64,000 bases of DNA from Ramazzottius varieornatus (lineage: Eukaryota > Animalia > Tardigrada): the NCBI GenBank assembly GCA_001949185.1, contig BDGG01000015.1, positions 129,036 through 193,035 of the forward strand, in the 5' to 3' direction. Below are positions 12,446 through 25,624 of this stretch, piece by piece. The notes below the pieces were generated by a model. The model was not told the origin of the DNA. It saw only the letters and a list, made by a program, of their open reading frames with translations, and did not search any database. Each line of letters opens with the position of its first letter. Positions within the stretch are counted from its first letter, which is position 1. The position numbers were made by a program, and so were the translations under genes.

Positions 12446-15049
12446 CTCAGACTTGCCTCCAAAGTGAGATTAATGACCAGCGGTCAATGAAAACCCAGGC
12501 CGGTGAAAAGGAGTTTTACGATGGCGAGTGATTTTGCTGATATTCTGGATTTCATCTTTTTGGTACAAACACATACAGTACACGGCATTTCTCCAGAAAT
12601 GAAATGTAGCTGTGAGGACAGATTCCTCTTTCGAACCTATGTCGCATCTGGTTATCATCAGGGCGGTCGGAAAAAATCAAAATGCCCAGAGCCGTTTCTC
12701 ACTCTACTCCCAAAGACTTGCTGGTGTTCGAAAGTTCGGAAATTCGAAACTTGGACATTGGTGGGCCAGCTCTTTCCAGACGGCCTTAGTCAATCAGAAT
12801 CCTGTACTGTCAAACCGAACGGTAGCGTTTGGGAACACGAAAAGCTTCGTGTTGTAAGTATTAACAACACCAGATCGTAACCGAAGACTGCTACTGTATT
12901 TCCTCCAAAGTTCTGTGCAGTCGCATGGCAGGCTCATAGATTCACGGTGATCATGGTTCACAGGTCCCGAGGATTATTCATGGGCCAAATATCAATAATA
13001 ACATAACATAACAAAATACCAATTTTCAGACCAGATAAACCGAACACGCACAGTAAATTTGCGGAAAAACAAAGTTTGAGAAGTGCTGTTGCACCGATCA
13101 CGGTGAGTAAATTCCATCGAATATAAACGATCAGAGTCTGAAACCACGAAAAATCTGGACTGCTAACGACAAACCTAACATCTATTTATATTCGGCCAGA
13201 CCCTTCAGAAGGAATCGGTAGTCCACGTTGTGGAAATTTAACTTATGAGTCTGATGCACATGTTTGCTAGTTCTGGCTGGATGTCTTGGTTAACGGTCCA
13301 CCGAAGTTTATCAGTTTCCTGCGTCAGTTTGTCAGTTTCCGGCGGACCTTTCCGGAATGGAAACCTATTTCGCCTTTGACTTGTGAGCTAACCGTATGTC
13401 CCAGGCTGGGACACGGGGGGTCCCGAGGTAGTGTGATTGGCCAGATTTTAGAAACAGTCCCTCACAAGGCCGTCATGGAAACCGGGAACTCCCGGCTTCC
13501 ATGACGGCCCACGATTTTTTCCTTATGCGCAGCCTATCAAACCGTAAGAAAGTGAACGCATGTTTTGCCTCCGGCCTGCATCAGTTGGACGTCAAATTTG
13601 GATGTCTACCTTACCCTGAGAACTTCTGAGGTTCGTTTGGATTTCTGGTGAAGTTGTACTTCTGAATAGGGCCCAGCTTTCCACTGGTGTACCACTCGCT
13701 AGTGCATCCGTCACTGGACTTTCACGTACGGAAACTAGATCAGCTGACCGAGTTGTACCGGTGTCTGTGAAGTTTCAGTCTCGCATTTAGTTCAGTGTTT
13801 TCAAAAAGACAAAAATGCATCCTGCACATATACTAGTGGTGTTGGCATAGGGTATCCCGACCTAATATAGTTTTGATTTAATAAAGGCGAGCTGCCGGAG
13901 TTCGAGTATAATCTTCATATGATATGCCGCGACTTCGCAGCATCTAAGATGATCTTAATATATCAGCTTGTTTCGTCGGGTCATATATTATAGTATTTCT
14001 GATCCGTGTGTGAACAGAGCAAGGGAACTTTCCTCCTTAATCCTAACATCGCTTTGGTGTCACCGAAGCCAGCGAGCTTTCCTCCTTACATGCTCTAATC
14101 ATTTGATCAAATCTTCTTCAGATCCAGCAACAGATCAAAATTCTGTCTCTTCTGCATCACGGTGGGGGAACACCTTTCTTTTTCAGCCATGCGGGTATTC
14201 TCATACTATCGTGCAATTTCTATCTAGAGAAACGACACACGGAGCGTTCAAAAGCGCAGAACAGAACCTCGAACAGCAGACAGCCTCACATTTAGTAATG
14301 AGCATTGCAAGTATGCAGGTGGATCGCCGGACTCATGAACCTGCACTATCCGATCAAACCAAGTTGACAATCAATGTATCCCCCCTAAACGCTGATCAAT
14401 ATACGTTGACGTGCAGGTGCATGATGCGTTATGATCCAATCCAACAGCGCACTGTGCAGAGTCGCACGCTTTCGCTTGGCGTAAATCAAACCTTATTTCA
14501 ATCAACCGAAGCCGAAATCGCATATTAGTTCAATGTGAAGCGCCGTGCGATTTGATCTTAATATAATAAATTCAGCTCTGGATTCCATCTAATTTAGTAC
14601 CAACAAATATCCTGCCTCGGTCGAGGCATCCAATAAATTTGAAGATAATATATTAGATGGAAAAAGCATCTGATAAGTTCTGATGTAATATTATATTCAT
14701 AAATGCCAACATCACTAACATATACAGTAGCAGCCTGTCGGATCGGACTGAATTACGCCTCGCTGTATGATATGTCGGTCTCAGACATACTAAGTTAATC
14801 AGATTTTCCAAGATATAATCTTTAGTCCCGAGGCTGGAACTCATTTGCGGATAATATATCAGTCTCGCTGCATGGACTAGAATTGATAAGCGAAAGCTAT
14901 CCGTCTCCGTCTGTAGGACTAACCGCGAGGACGCACTCTCCGAATCCGCTAGTTTTCGATTTCCGAACGACGGAAGGGATAATCAGGCACCTTTTTCACT
15001 GAAAAGACTAAATCCCTTGATTGTGACGAACTAGACGACTTACATACTG

Positions 15050-15198
15050 TACGAGGAGCCGAACCTAGCCGAACCCGCGGTTAAAACTTTACCCATATAC
15101 TTCATGCATACGTCACAAGCCTGAACTGCCTGCGAATCGCTTGTGACGTATGTGGGTGAAGTTTTAACGGTGGGTAAAGTTAGGTTCAGCTCCTCGCA
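15050..15198. mobile_element. Palindromic mariner-like MITE (149 bp)
   Basis: TA-CGAGGAGCCGAACCTA..GTTAAAACTTTACCCA pairs with TGGGTGAAGTTTTAAC..TAGGTTCAGCTCCTCG-CA. Inner CATACGTCACAAGC / GCTTGTGACGTATG is a perfect inverted pair. Confidence 0.8.
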
Positions 15199-16959
15199 CC
15201 TAAAGGGGAGTTTTTCAGTCGAAAGCGCTGGGAAGCCGAAGAAAACGGTATACGGTACTTGCGATAGTATGTCAAAGATTGACAAAGTGTAATTTAGATC
15301 ACATACTGTTTTTTTATTGCAAAGGGTGCGCTTCGCTTTTGGTTTGCAGTATAAGAATTTTCCGTTCAGTTCCGTTAAAAACAATCAGGATTTTTGTCCG
15401 CTTGTTTCCGCCCAATTCTGAAATTTTTGGGAAACACCGGTTTGGTTTCCGGTGTGGCGAACGGTTTGGACCTCTGCCACACCTCTTGAGCTGTGCCATC
15501 TTTTCGAGTCAGAGTGAAACCAATCGTCAATGAACTGCAAAAACAAGTGCTGCCGCCAACTCGGATGTGCTAAAACTTCAAACGTGATGTTTCCATGAAA
15601 GTAGACAATGCTGGCATCCGAAACCGGTGCGAACGGCGAATATGGTCACATACGATTTGCAGCCCGAATCTTTTGATTCCCAACGACCCGTTTTCGACAT
15701 GAAGTTATGAATAATATCGAAGGGCACCACTTGGTGAGTTTGCTGTACCTCGCCGTGTCTCAAAGTCTCACAAAACTGTTCCCCCTTTTGGCAAGGTTTT
15801 CCCGCAAATTCCGCGGGATGATTACGAGCTGAGATGACACACACACGGGGTTTTGCGTCCGGACAGATGGATACGCATGCTAACGCTTTATGACGTCACC
15901 AATTCTTTTTCATTCAAAATTTCGAGCCCCTTCAGATTTTTCTGACGTAGCCACTTGACCACTGGTCAAACGACCAAATGAACCCAGTACAGTTCGGTCG
16001 ATCGAAGTCCCTACCAAATTTTTGGATTTCAGTTTAGGGTCCGCCATACATTCACCATACTGCATGCCAAGCTAAGTGCCAAAATTAAATAACACATGCA
16101 TCACACCGTGCTTTAACTAGGGTAATCAAGTAATCAAGTCGCTGACAACCGTCTTTGTGAGGACGGCGAGCTGTGCGGTTAACTTTGAATGATTATCGCG
16201 TATTAGAAGTCCGAAAATTTGGTACGGATTTTGAACGACCGGACTGTACTGTGTTCCTCGACGTCTGTTACACCAGACTGCATTAGCAGTTTAACTTTAC
16301 CCTTGGGGTCCCAGAACTCTAAGTCGATTCTGAACAATTTGGCTGCAGGGCGTTGGGCTTCAAATTGGGCCGCCGATACCCAAATATTGGGTCAGTCTTA
16401 GTCTTCAATATACGAGCAGGAGCTCTGACTCAGTATCGAAAGGTTAGCCATCTAGCTACGAGGTACAGGACATAATTCGGGTAATGCGGAAAGTTTATGC
16501 TTTCTTATTAGTGCTTGGTTGATATTTTATCGTAAACTTGTTGATACAACTTCAGGCTTTTTTACATCGGGCAGACCCGTCTCTCTCTCAGGACCGATTC
16601 TTCTAACCTGCAACATTTCATCGTTCCTAAACCTGTTTGGATCTGGAGGAGGGAGATCGGTGTACCGCTGGGAACAATAAGTACGTGACCAGATGCAACA
16701 GAAGCTCAGAAAGAATATGCCCGAATTACGTTCTCTGCCTCGTAGCCGATAATCTACTCCGAATAATCATATCTCACCTCTTTTCTATCCCTTGTTCACA
16801 GCGGCTCTGGATGCCAGTATTGTTCATGCCCGCTCCGACTTTGGAAATATCGTGAGTGATCTTTTAGCACAGCTGGCATAGGGGTCGGCACTTATTCCTG
16901 TGGTTCATTGTCGTCTGGATTCGCACTGACTCGAAAAGATAGTGCACTTTGAAAAGATA

Positions 16960-17114
16960 TACTGTAGTGGTACCAAATTATCACGCACTCAACCGGGTAC
17001 AGTAAACGATGCCCGGGTGAGGGTCATCGACGCTACAGTGATAACATCTAATCAATCGGGCAACCATGGCTCATCACGTGGTTGAGTGCGCGATAATTTG
17101 GTAGCACTACAGTA
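16960..17114. mobile_element. TA-flanked MITE with CTGTA termini (155 bp)
   Basis: 35-bp TIRs TACTGTAGTGGTACCAAATTATCACGCACTCAACC / GGTTGAGTGCGCGATAATTTGGTAGCACTACAGTA, with 2 mismatches. Confidence 0.85.
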
Positions 17115-17149
17115 CTGTAATTGGACACTAATTGTGTCCAATTACAGTA
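17113..17149. repeat. Perfect 16-bp-stem hairpin (minimal CTGTA-type MITE)
   Basis: TACTGTAATTGGACAC-TAATT-GTGTCCAATTACAGTA; it shares its left TA with the preceding MITE. Confidence 0.85.
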
Positions 17150-17624
17150 TAACGACCCGGAAATTCTTCCGTACCGGAACCTTACCATGCGACTCTTAAA
17201 ATTTGTCGCCCCTCTAGTTTTTTAGATCGACCACTGGTTGGAGCGATGCCTCACCATTGACTGCTCATGAAAAAGCTGTTGCCTTCACTTGGCCGAGACC
17301 TTTCATTTGTTCAGGGATTCCATGACGTCCAGCAAGCTTTGCTTCTACTAGTAGTGGTCATCACGTTCGATTTTTTAACTCGAATTATGTAAAAGCTAAC
17401 GTCATCTTACCATGCGCGTGGTAAGTTGGAACTCTGTTACTATGAATGGACAAGACGGTAAGCAACATAAGCATCCTATCAGCTGCTTATTTTGCTTTTC
17501 TGACAGCCGAGAGCGCACGCGCACGTCAAGCTATTATAGCATCTGACATCAGCTTACTAAAGTAAACTAAGTCAGATAGTCAAGCGCAGGTCCCACATGG
17601 ATAGTTGTCTGTAGATACTGTAGA

Positions 17625-18480
17625 TATTATACATTGGTGCACGGCCTGCCACGGTCTTTCTACGTGCACTGCCTGCCACACTGCCCTTAACTTCGGGCAC
17701 TACCTTAGGCACTGTCTTTAAACTTGGTGCGCGGCTTCGACATAGATTTTATGATACGTGCGCTGCTTTTGACACGGTTCTTCACCTGCGGGCACTGCTT
17801 TTGAGAAGTTCTTGTTTCCACCCCTGGTTGAATTCCGTTTATTTTCTCGACCAGGTGTGAACAACAAAGTTCGAGTTAAAAGTACGCCCAACAGTGGACA
17901 GCGTAACCATGGATAATCTGAAAATAACTACTGAGAACCGTCTTTTGAATAACGAAGAAAAAATTCAAGAACAACAAGAAGTTATTTTCATGAATGTCTC
18001 GAAGCGCATTGGCAGAGCATTTCCGACAGCTCCATTTCAACGAACCAAGAAGTCGGAGAAGCCCGACACGGAAGTGTTCGAAAGACATCGGAGCAAATAA
18101 AGTTCGTTGCACCAAAATGGTGGCATTTGCCAGCCTTAAAGGGAGCAACGCAACGGAAAACTTGTGGAACGAAGACCTAGCTTCTGACAGTCTTTTGAAT
18201 CGATAATAATCGATCTGTAACCCTTGAATACTAAAAGACCTAATAAATGTCGCTCCGAAACCCCTCAACATGTCAGCTCTGAAGGCCGTCTCCAAGTCGT
18301 GCACATAGTGAAAAGTTCGTGTCAAAAGTAGTGCACGAAGTTAAAAGCGGTGTAACAGGTCGTGCATGGAGTGAAAGGGCAGTATCAAAGGTAGTGCACG
18401 GAGTGAAAGCGTAGTGTACCAGATCTTGCAACCAGAATAAGGAGTGGCAGGCCGTGCACGTAGCCTCGACCAATATTATA
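17625..18480. mobile_element. Non-autonomous TIR element with tandem subterminal ~30-bp repeats
   Basis: Perfect inverted pair GTGCACGGCCTGCCAC (~17637) / GTGGCAGGCCGTGCAC (~18444). GTGCAC/GCACT-containing subrepeats are arrayed in opposite orientation in the two arms. Confidence 0.65.
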
Positions 18481-18507
18481 TCCGACATGCGACCAACGTT
18501 TAGTTAC

Positions 18508-20142
18508 CGTACATTCTTGCTGCGGTAGATCGATTTCTTGCGCCATCCAATGTTTTCTTCACTGTCCTCGATGTTTTTCCTGTACTGACCTCTCCATCTA
18601 AAAGGTTGCGGAGGGAAAGACATATGGTGGTATTGAAACATTGTCGGATACTCTTCCATATATCCGTTCGCTTTGAAGGTTTCTGTGGGCCACACTTGTT
18701 TCTTCAACCAGCAATTTCTGTCGGTAGTCTTGTACATATCCGTGGCGTCGCCGTTGAACGAGCAGAAAGGTGCTTTAAATTGTTTTAATGGGGGGTATGT
18801 ATGCTCGTTGTGTTGTCCGTAGATACCCGAACGCGGATTGTAGTTATGAAAGCTTGCCGATGATAAATCCAGGAAAAAATGCTGCAAAGACGGCTGAAAC
18901 TTATCAGCAGTACAAAAGGGGGTTATAAATAAGGATTAACAGCTTGAGCACCGGGTGGCAAACTCACTTTCCCGGCGCACACTAATATGTACGTGGCGAG
19001 ATCCCAGGTAAGCTTTTCCTCCCCGGTTTTTCGCCGTTTCAAGCTGGTAGGTGGCGCACTGTACGTCATATTCCCAAATTTCGGCCAATCGAGAACGTGT
19101 TGATTGGGCCTATCTGGCGACGCTCCCTAGCTTCGACTAAAGGCGAAAGTGAACTTTCCCATTTGGTATTCTGAAAGCCCGAAATCGCGTGGTGCTCAAG
19201 GTGTTAAGCAGTGAGCCTATCGTGATTCAATCACTACTAAATCTCCACCAAAACCGAAGTGTAATAAACTAAACTTCTACAATCTGTTCGCTTCGCATTC
19301 GGCTCGCTCGCATCTTATCACCACGTAGGAAAGCACAAACAGGTAGCGCAGAAGAATGGCAACGTAAATAGCGAAGTCTTTGGTCAGTTCGGACTGATTA
19401 GATCTCCGCGGCTCGTTCGAAACCAAGTTGACTCACGACGGAATCTTTTAGGTAGCTATGCGCCCTTAATTTCTACTTAGGTTGTGCGTACAGGGAGGGG
19501 AGCCAAACTTTTCTAACGGGCATACTCGACTAAGTCAGATTCTGGATTCAGACCACAGCCAGCTGGCGGCTAAGCAGAAGTTAGCTACCTCAGGTTATAG
19601 AAGATACTCTTTTTTATCGTTCCGCCGGGTCGGTTTGACTATCGGGAAGTCGGGATAGGCATAATCCCCTTGTGAGACGATGACTAGAAATATGCGTTTT
19701 GTTGGCTTTCGATCGGCTTTCCAGCTAGGCAGTGCGAGTCTTAATACATGTTAATATGGCAAAATGTTAGCTCGATTAGGGAAATGAGTACAGACGTTTC
19801 GGGTATTCTTCGTCCTGGATGAACGTTAGGCCAATAGATGCTGGCCATCGATTGGCCTGGGCGTAGGTAATATGACATAACTTACGTGGTTGGTTACTTC
19901 ACGGAAGCCCATCTTATCTCGTACCATTTGGTCCCACTCATCATTTTCGCAAGTTCCTTGACTGTCTTGCCAGTCTTCGAGATGATAATAGAGCATATGA
20001 GCGCTGCGATCCCGACACACCGTGTATGCGTCCACCGCGTCGGTCGGTCCTCCGCCTCCCCATTCGAAATAATAGCAGTTGTTTTCTCCACATGTTGTTC
20101 TGAGATGAAACCCCGGTGGGCACTGTAGTATCTCTCTTCGAC
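18508..20142 (-). CDS. Two exons (20142-19886 and 18893-~18508) of a divergent C-type-lectin-domain protein; gene incomplete or pseudogenised
   Basis: Exon with TTTTCAG| and |GTAAGT boundaries encodes CPPGFHLRTTCGENNCYYFEW...DAYTVCRDRSAHML, the CTLD N-terminal pattern. It joins in phase 0 to PSLQHFFLDLSS...PFRWRG...IGWRK. I found no terminal WND/C exon. Confidence 0.55.
18936..19207. mobile_element. TTAA-flanked piggyBac-like MITE (internally deleted copy), in the lectin intron
   Basis: TTAA-CAGCTTGAGCAC ... GTGCTCAAGGTG-TTAA; homologous to 27026-27565. Confidence 0.82.
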
Positions 20143-20454
20143 CTGAAAAGCTGGTGCAATGAATTTTTGTTAGCGATCTCTTTCATCTTGTTGGATAGAC
20201 CGATGTTCGGGTTATGTTCTGGCCGTTTAGGATTTCCCCTAAACCTGTCACGTGACGAGACATACGCAGCCAAAACAGAGCCTCTTTCCCTTGTAGGAAA
20301 CCACCGGTGCTCATCGCTTTATTGATTGAAAAGTCGACCGGATTGTCACGTGACCAGAAAGTTTAAGGTATCTCCTACAGAATACTTTTCGAATCACGAA
20401 AATTTGCTGACGGGCTCACGAGCTACAGCGCGAGGCAAGCTTAGCGCATTTTAG

Positions 20455-20815
20455 ACCGGGTCAACTTCTAAACTGGTTTTTCTTGGTCTAGAATTCCGTT
20501 TGTAACCTTCTAAAAATAACTGGTCAGGAATCCGCCCAGTGGAAGTCGAAATCGGCGTGAAACCAACCATGGTGAACAGTGGAAACTGCAATCAACTTTC
20601 GTAGTTTTCGGAGTCCAGTTCCAAAAGTCATTTCTCGTTTTGCCGGTGACGGCCTGCGGTGACCTTATTCAAAATAGATAGAACAAGGACCTGGCCACAT
20701 GAAAAACGGTTGAAAGCTCGAGTCTACCGCTTGAGACAAGAGCAACGATCTTTGCTGCAAAGAGCGATCTCCCGGCAAAATGGCCAAGTTCAACAGTTTT
20801 AATTCCCTTGCTAAG
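20455..20815. repeat. Dispersed ~350-bp repeat, with an inverted diverged copy at ~27760-28110
   Basis: TCAACTT..AAACTGGTTTT.CTTGGT and ACAGTTTTAATTCC.TT are both present as reverse complements at 28080-28110 and 27765-27782. Confidence 0.55.
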
Positions 20816-21079
20816 TTTGCTAGGCTATTTCATGATAGTTTTTGGTTTTGAATTAAACGGTAGACAGCCTCATGTGAATCATGCTCAAGCTGGGGCTTTA
20901 TAACCGGATACGGCGTTCTAAAAGTAAAGCTTTACTCATGAGAGGGTATCTATCCCACCGAAAGTCATGTCGACCAACTTTCCCAGACTATTCATCATCC
21001 GATGTGAATCTGCCTTATCTCGGTAGAAACAACTTGAAAAGTTCTTTGAAATAAGGGAAGGAGTGAACGATGACACGTC

Positions 21080-21610
21080 CAATGACTCCCATAAGTATTC
21101 GGGCACCCCCATCTTTGCTGGAAAATTCACATCTCCCTTCTCTCCCAACCGATTGTCATATTTCAAGTTGTGCAGCCAAGATAAGTGATTCCTCTTCCGG
21201 GTCACGTGACTTTTCTTTGGCCTAATCAGCAAATCAACCGGCAGTAATCAGCCGAGAACCATTGAAATTTAGCTTGTTTTTGGTGCTCGGCTNNNNNNNN
21301 NNNNNNNNNNNNNNNNNNNNNNNNNNNNNNNNNNNNNNNNNNTGCCGGTCTTTCTGCTGGTCAGGATATTGTCCTATCTGTCGAAGTGAAGCAGTAGCCG
21401 AGCACCAAAAACAAGCTAAATTTCAAGGGTTCTCGGCTGATTACTGCCGGTTGATTTGTTGATTAGGCCAAAGAAAAGTCACGTGACCCGAAAGAGGAAT
21501 CACTTATCTTGGCTGCACAACTTGAAATATGACAATCGGTTGGGAGAGAAGGGAGATATGTATTTTCCAGCAAAGATGGGGGTGCCCGAATACTTATGGG
21601 AGTCAATGTA
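21080..21610. mobile_element. Tc1-like element with long (>=210 bp) TIRs flanking an assembly gap (21293-21342)
   Basis: 21080-21292 is the near-perfect reverse complement of ~21396-21608. The terminus CA(A/T)TGACTCCCATAAGTATTCGGGCACCCC is Tc1-like, with TA at the right end. Confidence 0.75.
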
Positions 21611-24600
21611 AGTTGAGTTTTTCCATAGCGCCTTGATCAAGTGGTAGTCACTTGGCCGCCCTAGGCTGTTTAAGGAAGCAAAGAAATACTATGTTGTAAA
21701 GTACTAATTCGGTTCACCGGGCGGGACCAAACCGAAACCAGGCGGAAATTCCGCTTTGTTCCGCTCAAGATTTGGAATGAATGTTTCCGCCTGGTTCGGT
21801 TTAGTCTGTCAGATTTCTGTTTCAAATAGGTTTCCGCTTGAGCAAAACCAGCAGACTTCCGGAGAATATTCCGCTGGTTTCCGCTTGGTTATCCTCAAAA
21901 ATATGTCCGCCTGGTTCCGCTCAAAAATTTCTGCTTCTTCAAACCGCTCGCTTTGGTTTGATTTTAAGATTTTTCGAAAACATGGTTATGGTTCGGAAAA
22001 ATTTGAGCGGATTAGTACTTTACTATGGGGTGGCCATGATTATCAGCCGTGACTGTATGGTCCGACAGCGATTACCTCCTCAGGATCAACCCAGAATTCT
22101 TCGGAAAACGGTCAATTACGTAATTACATGGCACCGGTCGCTTACGTGTCTGTCTGGAAGTATTCGGAGAGCAACTCTTGCCCTGCGGGAGGAAACATGG
22201 CCAAAAATTAGAGATTTGCACCACACATCTTTTGCATTATTCGGTCTTTCAGTATGACTTGTCGACTCTCGACGGATCATCTTTGAAACCTTTTTGCGAC
22301 TTCGTGCGACGACTTTTGAAGTCTGACTTAGGTTGTATGTTGCTGGCAGTCTTTTGCCGATTTTTCGAGAAAGAAAGCCAGCTGCTGTAAACGTCCAACA
22401 AGATAAGAAAAATCGTGGAAGGGAGGAAACTCAGAACTAAGTTCCGTTCGGAAATTTTCTAACTCGTCTGCAGCTGCCTGATCTACACAGTGCTCGGTTT
22501 GTTTAGCACTACGTAACTCGTGCTATGTAATGAAAGAAACAGAGCCTGGAGAATCAGCATGCAACGTTTTAGGATAAACGATTACTGAAAAACCTGGTGG
22601 TCCGCAGTATCGTCTGTGGTGTCTGAGGCGCATGTTTAGTGAGGTATCCATTTCTCAATTTCGTGTCTCACCGCTTTGACTGATCTTTCTGATGTTGTGT
22701 TGGGAAACACTGCTGATGTGTCTTCTAACATCATTCCAGGTTTGAAAAGAATTGATCGCTGAGGAGCCTTGCAAGACAGTCGGTATCTCCGAAGACTCTT
22801 GGTCTTTCTAGGGGTAGACTTGCAACTGGCTGACTTTCTAGGAAAAAAAACATTCGGACCAACAATTTTGCCTGCTTTCAAAATTGTCCATCTTGCTATT
22901 TTATCTCATACAGCTTGACTTTTCAGTCCAACCAGGCGATGAGCACTGGTAAACACAGTAATCTTGGAAGAATTCTCGAAATTTTGCGATAACTTACACT
23001 TTCTAGGAAATGTTGGAAGCAACTGCCATGGGCAGGTTACTGCTCATTTGAGAAAAGACAGTTGATGCAACATGCATGCCAAGTTAAGAGCAGAAAGGTG
23101 GAAGCGTTCCAGAGTTATGCGGGTACAAAGACTACGGGTACAAAAAGCCGACAAGTCATGCTGAAAGACCTGATAGTTCGTGGAGTTCACTTTTTGATCA
23201 GTCAAACGCAGATCCGTTCACCAATCGCTCACAGAACCGATCCTGCATGAAGCGAAACGCGCTCTATACAACTGGCAATATTGCTCACCCGCCTGGGTGA
23301 AAAACGGATAATGGCTAGGGGCACTTCCGAAAGGCACAAACGCAATCACTGTCATGCAAAGTATTTACTCGACTGTTAGAGTCAAAACTTTGCATGTAAG
23401 TACTTTTCGAAGAGTCCTGCGTTGATGTTAATAAAGTTGTGTATCGAGGTTGGGCTTCAGTGTGGGAGGTGGATTGCATGAGCGGTTAGACCAGCATCAG
23501 CTTTTTTGAGAAACTTCCAACAAGGGAATGCCGCGACATGGAAACACAAAGGTTTTGTATCAGTTCAACGGTGCCGGTCCCCGCCCATCTGCAGGGGGCG
23601 AGACAAACACGAAGCTTATTCACGCTCATCCATGTGCTTGTATAAGGGTTTTGCTGGTTCCTTCCTCTGCTCCAATCACTGTTGAGACGGTGTTTCCACC
23701 TTTCTGATCTTACTGTTCTATGCACCCTCCAGATCAGAGCTTAACTGACACCGATGTTAAAGAAATAACGCTTTCGTACCATATGGGAAGCACATGTAAG
23801 AATGATTAACCGAGGTGAAACTCGAGCGAGCAAGAACGAGTAATATGCGAGTTAGAACGGTGTGTTGTAAACGATTATCCGACTATCACCGCGCTAGCAC
23901 TGTTTATGGCAAAGCAAGCCCATCAGAATCATCGCTAGTGGTACAGCCGTATGAATATCTGTAGCCACTCTGAGGAGCTTGAGCACCATACGTTGTTTGA
24001 ACACTTTATTCAGTATCCATGCACTGCACCTGATGTCAGCTGAAGAATTCCGGAAAGTACTGTCAGAAGTTCCCAGCGAGCCGTCTGAAATATGTTCGCC
24101 ATACGTCCCACACGGCATTCAGAGAAAACACACGTTTACGTTTAGCGTAGACACATTTAGGAAAGATCTGTCAAAACTATCCTTCACAAACTGTTCCGGT
24201 ATAACTTGGTAACCAAACGCTCACTAGGAGAAGGTGAGTTCAAATTCGAAACGATTCGAGATGATTCTTGCTATACTGTAGTGCTGCTGCTGCTGTGCAA
24301 GCTGTTCGCTCGCCTTCGACTCGCCTGCAGCTTGTAGTGACTGGGTACGGCGGGTCTCAGTTTTGTTTTATTGAGCGTTTCGGAGGTGGGGTACTGTAGA
24401 AGCTGTATTTATCGGCCGAACTTCGCATTTATTTAGCAAAGGCATTTGTGGTTGGCGCGCAAACTTTCTGTCATTTGAGAACTGTTTGCAGACGAACGCT
24501 TGATTTAATATACAACTGATTCTGAGCAAAAAAGGGGAAGCATTTCGAGAAAAAACCTTTTTTAGAACTCCTGTACGGTAACTTGTTCAGTGGTCGCAGC

Positions 24601-25624
24601 TACTGTCATGAAAGGACGTGTATCAAAAGACACATGAGAAATTACCTCAACTGTTGAGTCCCGCTGCTCTGCAGAAAAGCAGAAATAGTATTGTCTGAGT
24701 CGTGGAGAACCAAAATTTCGGGTATTGAAAAGTATGATGTTTTTCGAGGCGTCAAAGCATCCTACACGGGCAAGAAGATATGGTCTATTTTTTGGAACAA
24801 AGCATCTGAACAGCATACCCTAGGAGGATGAGTAATTCTTCTCCGCTCTGGCGATCTTTCGCTCGGAAGTCATCCCTACGGATAACCGAAACTGAAGGCG
24901 CAGAACAACGTGCTCGGGCAGTTCGTTGAATCCAATTCTTCTCGAACTGCTGGAAAACCCTTACGAGACTTCAGGGTGTCTTGGTAAATCCTCGCTGGAC
25001 ATTAAGACAAAAGGGGAAGGCAAATAAACTAGAGACTCGGATGCCCCGTTCACCTCGCGCACCTTTCAAACAGCGCAAAGTTTTGCCTTCCTTTACCCTC
25101 CGGGTTCTGAACGAGAGCGAACCGAACTCAGATCGCATTGTTGCCAGCCACGATAAGTGGGCTATGTGGAATGTTGTGAAGCAAGAATGGGAACGTTTCG
25201 AGAGAGCGGAAGCACCGTAGAAAACTTCTCTGAACTTTTTGGCTTAATATCAGTTTTGTAATAAATTCGCTGCCGACTAATTGGGTGAAGTACCTTGCTA
25301 GGACGGACAGATAACGCGATAAAAAATACCGAGGTTTGAAGTTAGGAAAATTTTTTGGGGGAGTAACAAGTCATACCTCCGCACCTGATAGAATGGTATA
25401 CCAGAACACAATGTGAAGGCATGATGGCACGCCGTCCAGTTGCAGCCTGATAACACAGCTGATCGGCCAAGCTCAAACCGTAAAGGTAACTCTCCTCTAT
25501 TTTCCTGATGTATCGATTTGATCGGTATTTAACGGTTGACGTAATCCCGTTGTGAGATAAGACAGCCTCAGCAGAATGTCCTCAAAAGGCCTTGTCTAGA
25601 TATAAAGGAGTCTGACGACGGAAG

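Noticed and set aside
13968-14528. 186-aa ORF
   Set aside because: TTG start, no recognisable motif and no supporting splice structure.
22250-24200. Possible additional transposase remnants
   Set aside because: No catalytic motif or TIR pair could be identified by eye.
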